This document shows, one piece after another, positions 38,107 through 40,962 of a stretch of 40,962 nucleotides of DNA (position 1 is the first letter of the stretch; the number at the start of each line of letters is the position of its first letter). The stretch is from an uncultured Clostridia bacterium. GTDB taxonomy: Bacteria > Bacillota > Clostridia > Oscillospirales > Oscillospiraceae. Both the position numbers and the translations under genes were made by a program. The stretch covers positions 1 to 40,962 of the forward strand of contig CAMKEK010000001.1 of NCBI GenBank assembly GCA_946411545.1. The letters are read 5' to 3'. The notes below the pieces were generated by a model. The model did not search any database. It saw only the letters and a program-made list of their open reading frames with translations, and had not been told where the DNA came from.

Positions 38107-39853
38107 CAGAGCCCACCTCCAGAATTCTGGCGATGGAGAAGATGCGCACCTCGCCCTGGCCCTCCAGCCGCAGCTTCAGATGGTCGCAGCGTCTCGGCCG
38201 GATCGGCAGGGTCACGGTGCCGGTGCCCTTGCTGCGGATCGTCCCGCTCAGCCGCCAGGGCCCCTCGGAATCGTACTGCAGATACACATGTACCTGCGCG
38301 CCCTCCTCCATCCGCAGCCGGATGTTGTAGCGGCTGACGTACTTGTGGTCCGGGTACTCATAGTACAGGATCCCGCTCTCCGCCATCCAGCTCAGCGTGG
38401 TCTCCGCCTCGCCGTCCGTGCCGTTCAGGGCCAGCAGACGCCCGCTTACGTCCAGGCAGTACAGCTCATCGTCGCAGGCGCAGAAGTCCGTTGCCTGCAG
38501 ATGGTCCTCCCGGATCCACAGGCCCTTCTTGATGCTGTAGACGAAGAACTGCCACACCCCGTCGGCGCCGCGCATGGAGATGTAGTACCGCTCTCCGAAG
38601 GCGCCCGCCGCCGCGTCATAGTACAGCTCCTCGCCCAGTGCGTCGCTCACGCAGGTGGGGAAGCCTCCCTGCCAGGCGAACACGCCGCTGCGGCCCTTGT
38701 AGTACAGGGTCTCCCCCACAACCTGCAGGCTCTTGTGGCTGCCCTTCTGCACGCCCCGGCACACCGTCTCGTCCAGGCTGTGCGCTCCCTGGGCGCTCAC
38801 CGTCACCATGTGGATCCGGTTCTCCTTGAAGAAGGTGGGGTGCCCCAGATAGGTCACCGCCCCCGTCCACTGGCCGTCCGATCCCACGCTGCCGGCCCAG
38901 GAGTCGGTGCTCAGTCCCAGGTACTGCCGCCAGTTCTTGAAGTCCCCCAGCGCGGAGCAATAGATCTCGTTGACGGTCTTCTCCCCGTCAAAGCCGTAGA
39001 AGCAGCCCCACAGCCGGTTCTGGCATTCCACCACGAAGTCCATCTGCGGCAGCTTCCTTGTGATGCGGATGCTCCCGCTCTCGTCGGTAAAGGCGTTGTC
39101 CGTCAGGCCCACCACCACGATATAGTCCGCTGTGGTCTCCGCCTCGCCGCCCACGCCGTAGAGGATCTTGCTGCCGTCCAGCTCGCTGAAATAGCAGCCG
39201 GACAGCTCCACGCCGTCGTAGCGCTTAAAGGCCGCCGGGATCTGTCCCTGGCTGGTGAAGCTGATCTTCGTGTACACCGTGGGGATTTCCACCCACATGG
39301 CGCTGCTCTCGCTCCACTGCAGCAGCACATGGACGTCCCCGCTGGTGTCCACCCACAGATCCCCGTTGTCCGGGTTCTCTGGCTCCGCGCCGGAGACTGT
39401 GGCCCGCTCATACTCCACGCCGTCCACGTTGCACGGCGCATAGCTCACGCTGCCGCTGAAGCTCCAGTCGGCCTCCATGCTGCCGTAGTCGCTGTTGTCC
39501 TCGGTGTTGTAATACACCTTGTCCGGAAAGATGCAGATATAGGCGCCCATGCCAACCAGCTGCTTGATTCCGCTGCTCAGGCCCGTCACCGGCGTGGCGT
39601 ACCCGCTCACATACAGCGTGCCGTCCTCCACCGTGCACAGCGCATCCTTCTCGATCAGGCCGCCCGGGTTCGTGATGGTGCGCACCAGCCCCCGCTTCCT
39701 CCGGCTGGCCAGCAGCGGCCAGTGCTCCACGGTCAGGTTCTCCGTGTCATAGAACTCCCCGTCCCGGATCCGCAGCCGGTGGTTATAGCCATAGAAGGCG
39801 TCGGTCATCGCCCGCGTTGTGCTCTGCACGGGGATACTGGGAAGCTTCAGCAT
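38099..39853 (-). CDS. tail structural protein (584 aa), function unknown
   Basis: GGAAGGAG RBS; beta-rich composition; first large gene after the head-completion genes. Confidence 0.55.
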   Translation of the reverse strand: MLKLPSIPVQSTTRAMTDAFYGYNHRLRIRDGEFYDTENLTVEHWPLLASRRKRGLVRTITNPGGLIEKDALCTVEDGTLYVSGYATPVTGLSSGIKQLVGMGAYICIFPDKVYYNTEDNSDYGSMEADWSFSGSVSYAPCNVDGVEYERATVSGAEPENPDNGDLWVDTSGDVHVLLQWSESSAMWVEIPTVYTKISFTSQGQIPAAFKRYDGVELSGCYFSELDGSKILYGVGGEAETTADYIVVVGLTDNAFTDESGSIRITRKLPQMDFVVECQNRLWGCFYGFDGEKTVNEIYCSALGDFKNWRQYLGLSTDSWAGSVGSDGQWTGAVTYLGHPTFFKENRIHMVTVSAQGAHSLDETVCRGVQKGSHKSLQVVGETLYYKGRSGVFAWQGGFPTCVSDALGEELYYDAAAGAFGERYYISMRGADGVWQFFVYSIKKGLWIREDHLQATDFCACDDELYCLDVSGRLLALNGTDGEAETTLSWMAESGILYYEYPDHKYVSRYNIRLRMEEGAQVHVYLQYDSEGPWRLSGTIRSKGTGTVTLPIRPRRCDHLKLRLEGQGEVRIFSIARILEVGSDV

Positions 39854-39869
39854 ATTTTAATCTCCTTCC

Positions 39870-40235
39870 TCAGAACCGGAAGCGCCGTCCGCCCTTCGGC
39901 AGGTGCTCCCGGTTATACCGGGCTGTGAACTGCTGCAGCGCCCCGTTGTACAGGGCGCTCAGCTGCTGGAACTTGTACGCCTCCGCGTTCTCTGCCGCGA
40001 TCATGGCCTGCAGATACCAGCAGTACAGGTCCTCCCCGTAGGGCCATGGCACCAGCAGCGTCTCCTCCCCGTCCTCATAGGGTTCAAAGCTGTCCCTCTC
40101 CGCGTCCTCATGAGTCCGGATCACCTCGTCGAAGATCTGGCCGTCCAGGCTGGACAGCCAGCGCAGCTTCTGCTCCTCCTCATAGTCGTTGGGGCAGAGC
40201 TCGTCCACCCGCTCAATGATCTCTCGTCCGGTCAT
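39870..40235 (-). CDS. head-tail adaptor/head-completion protein (putative, 121 aa)
   Basis: Position between the capsid and tail genes; AGGAGG RBS. There is no motif-level support. Confidence 0.4.
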   Translation of the reverse strand: MTGREIIERVDELCPNDYEEEQKLRWLSSLDGQIFDEVIRTHEDAERDSFEPYEDGEETLLVPWPYGEDLYCWYLQAMIAAENAEAYKFQQLSALYNGALQQFTARYNREHLPKGGRRFRF

Positions 40236-40286
40236 GCGTCCTCCTGTTCCAAGGCGGGAGCACGCGCGCAGCGTCTCCCGCCCTTG

Positions 40287-40532
40287 TTAATCCGTCTTCA
40301 TGGAGTCCTGCTGCGCATCCCGGCGCTCCTCGGCCGCCTGGCTGCGATAGAACTCCTCCGCCACTTCTCTGGGCACCAAGCTCTTCTTGCCCCTGGGCAG
40401 GGTATAGCCCTTGCCGTTGATGCCGATAAACAGGGTATTGTTGCCCTTTTCGCTGGCCTTGGGCACGAAGATCTCCACCCGTTCCTCCACGGTCTGGGCC
40501 TCGGTGCTCTGCTCGGTTTTCTCTTTTGCCAT
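40287..40532 (-). CDS. small head-associated protein (81 aa), possible decoration protein
   Basis: Immediately downstream of the capsid gene; its 17-nt translation-initiation region, GAAAGGAGAACACCATG, is identical to that of the capsid gene. Confidence 0.45.
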   Translation of the reverse strand: MAKEKTEQSTEAQTVEERVEIFVPKASEKGNNTLFIGINGKGYTLPRGKKSLVPREVAEEFYRSQAAEERRDAQQDSMKTD

Positions 40533-40552
40533 GGTGTTCTCCTTTCACGCAG

Positions 40553-40583
40553 AGGGGCGGCCTTCCGGCCGTCCCCCTTTTTT
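40553..40583 (+). terminator. intrinsic terminator oriented on the plus strand (A-tract, hairpin, T7; possibly bidirectional), just after the capsid gene
   Basis: ggggcggcc-ttcc-ggccgtccc followed by T7. Confidence 0.65.
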
Positions 40584-40612
40584 TGTCTTCCCAGCAACTG
40601 CGGCGCAGCCGT

Positions 40613-40962
40613 TTACACGTTTGCCTCGTCGGTGGCGCTGAAGCTGCTGCAGCTCATCACGCGCAGCAGTCTCTCCTGATACAGGATGGTGGCGCCGTTG
40701 GTCTCGAACTTATAGCCGATGGTGCTGAACTGGTTCAGCGGGCCGCCGATCTCGCCCTTGTCGTGGACGATCATCTCCAGACCGCCGCCGGCCGGATCGA
40801 TGATGCCGAAAGAGTCCTTGCCGAAGAAATAGGTGGCGTAGGTCACGGTGTTCGCCTTGTTCTTATAGCTGGTCTCTCCCACCACGCCCAGGACGGGCGC
40901 GAAGGTATCCTCGATGAAGCGCACGCCGTGCAGCTCGCCGATCTCGCCGTTGAACAGCTCCT
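40613..40962 (-). CDS. major capsid protein, 3' part (continues from position 1 across the circular junction)
   Basis: ...VRFIEDTFAPVLGVV...ILYQERLLRV...TDEANV, then a stop at 40613. The frame is continuous with 1..805 through the 54-nt overlap. Confidence 0.85.
   Translation of the reverse strand, partial: ELFNGEIGELHGVRFIEDTFAPVLGVVGETSYKNKANTVTYATYFFGKDSFGIIDPAGGGLEMIVHDKGEIGGPLNQFSTIGYKFETNGATILYQERLLRVMSCSSFSATDEANV
40909..40962. repeat. terminal direct repeat, copy 2
   Basis: Identical to 1..54. Confidence 0.95.

Noticed and set aside
40036-40060. GTAGGGCCATGGCACC inside the 121-aa gene (encoding WPYGED) as a further family-1 copy
   Set aside because: Only the first 7-8 nt match and there is no hairpin partner arm. 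This is likely coincidence or a relic too degraded to call.
1-40962. Diversity-generating retroelement, retron, or other reverse-transcriptase-based system to explain the repeated segments
   Set aside because: No ORF shows reverse-transcriptase motifs (no YxDD-type signature seen), and the repeats are near-identical rather than adenine-mutagenised template/variable pairs.

Overview
The window appears to be one complete, circularly closed phage genome. Its first 54 nt are identical to its last 54 nt, giving a unit length of about 40.9 kb. It is visibly GC-rich with strong AGGAGG-type ribosome-binding sites, which suggests a temperate phage of a high-GC Firmicutes/Clostridia-type host.

Almost all genes are on the minus strand. 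Reading in the minus direction from about 27.8 kb:
- **Lysogeny switch:** a Cro-like and LexA/cI-like divergent pair with four copies of a 14-bp palindromic operator.
- **Early region:** HTH proteins, a VRR-NUC nuclease, a triple-HTH protein, a PcfK-like/PcfJ-like/DUF3102-like trio, small Cys-rich proteins and an HUH-type Rep/relaxase-like protein.
- **Packaging and head:** terS, terL, portal, a Prp-like cysteine protease, a protein with a peptidoglycan-binding domain, a giant ~3270-aa multi-domain (polyvalent-like) virion protein, scaffold, and an N4-gp56-like major capsid protein that is split by the linearisation point.
- **Tail and lysis:** a short tail/fibre module with no recognisable tape measure, tube or sheath, then a CHAP endolysin and holins.

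On the plus strand, between the repressor and attP, lie a low-GC HigB/HigA-like toxin-antitoxin pair, a small ORF and a tyrosine integrase. These are followed by a tRNA 3'-end fragment that is probably the attP core.

The most unusual property is dense colonisation by several families of short structured repeats:
- A 24-27 nt GC hairpin element occurs 13 times, always in the same orientation. Ten copies sit in frame inside five genes. Four of them (one a GTAGGGGAT variant) sit between what read as different sequence modules of the giant protein, and three are clustered in the portal gene.
- Heptad-phased stop-codon repeats sit at gene junctions.
- A 37-nt box preceded by a terminator occurs upstream of both terS and the scaffold gene.

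Other notable features are a candidate ~73-nt small RNA with a near-consensus promoter and a strong terminator, the phage-encoded Prp protease with matching LQFFA cleavage motifs on capsid and scaffold, and a receptor-binding protein ending in a metallophosphoesterase domain. All protein family calls come from motif reading by eye, not from searches.
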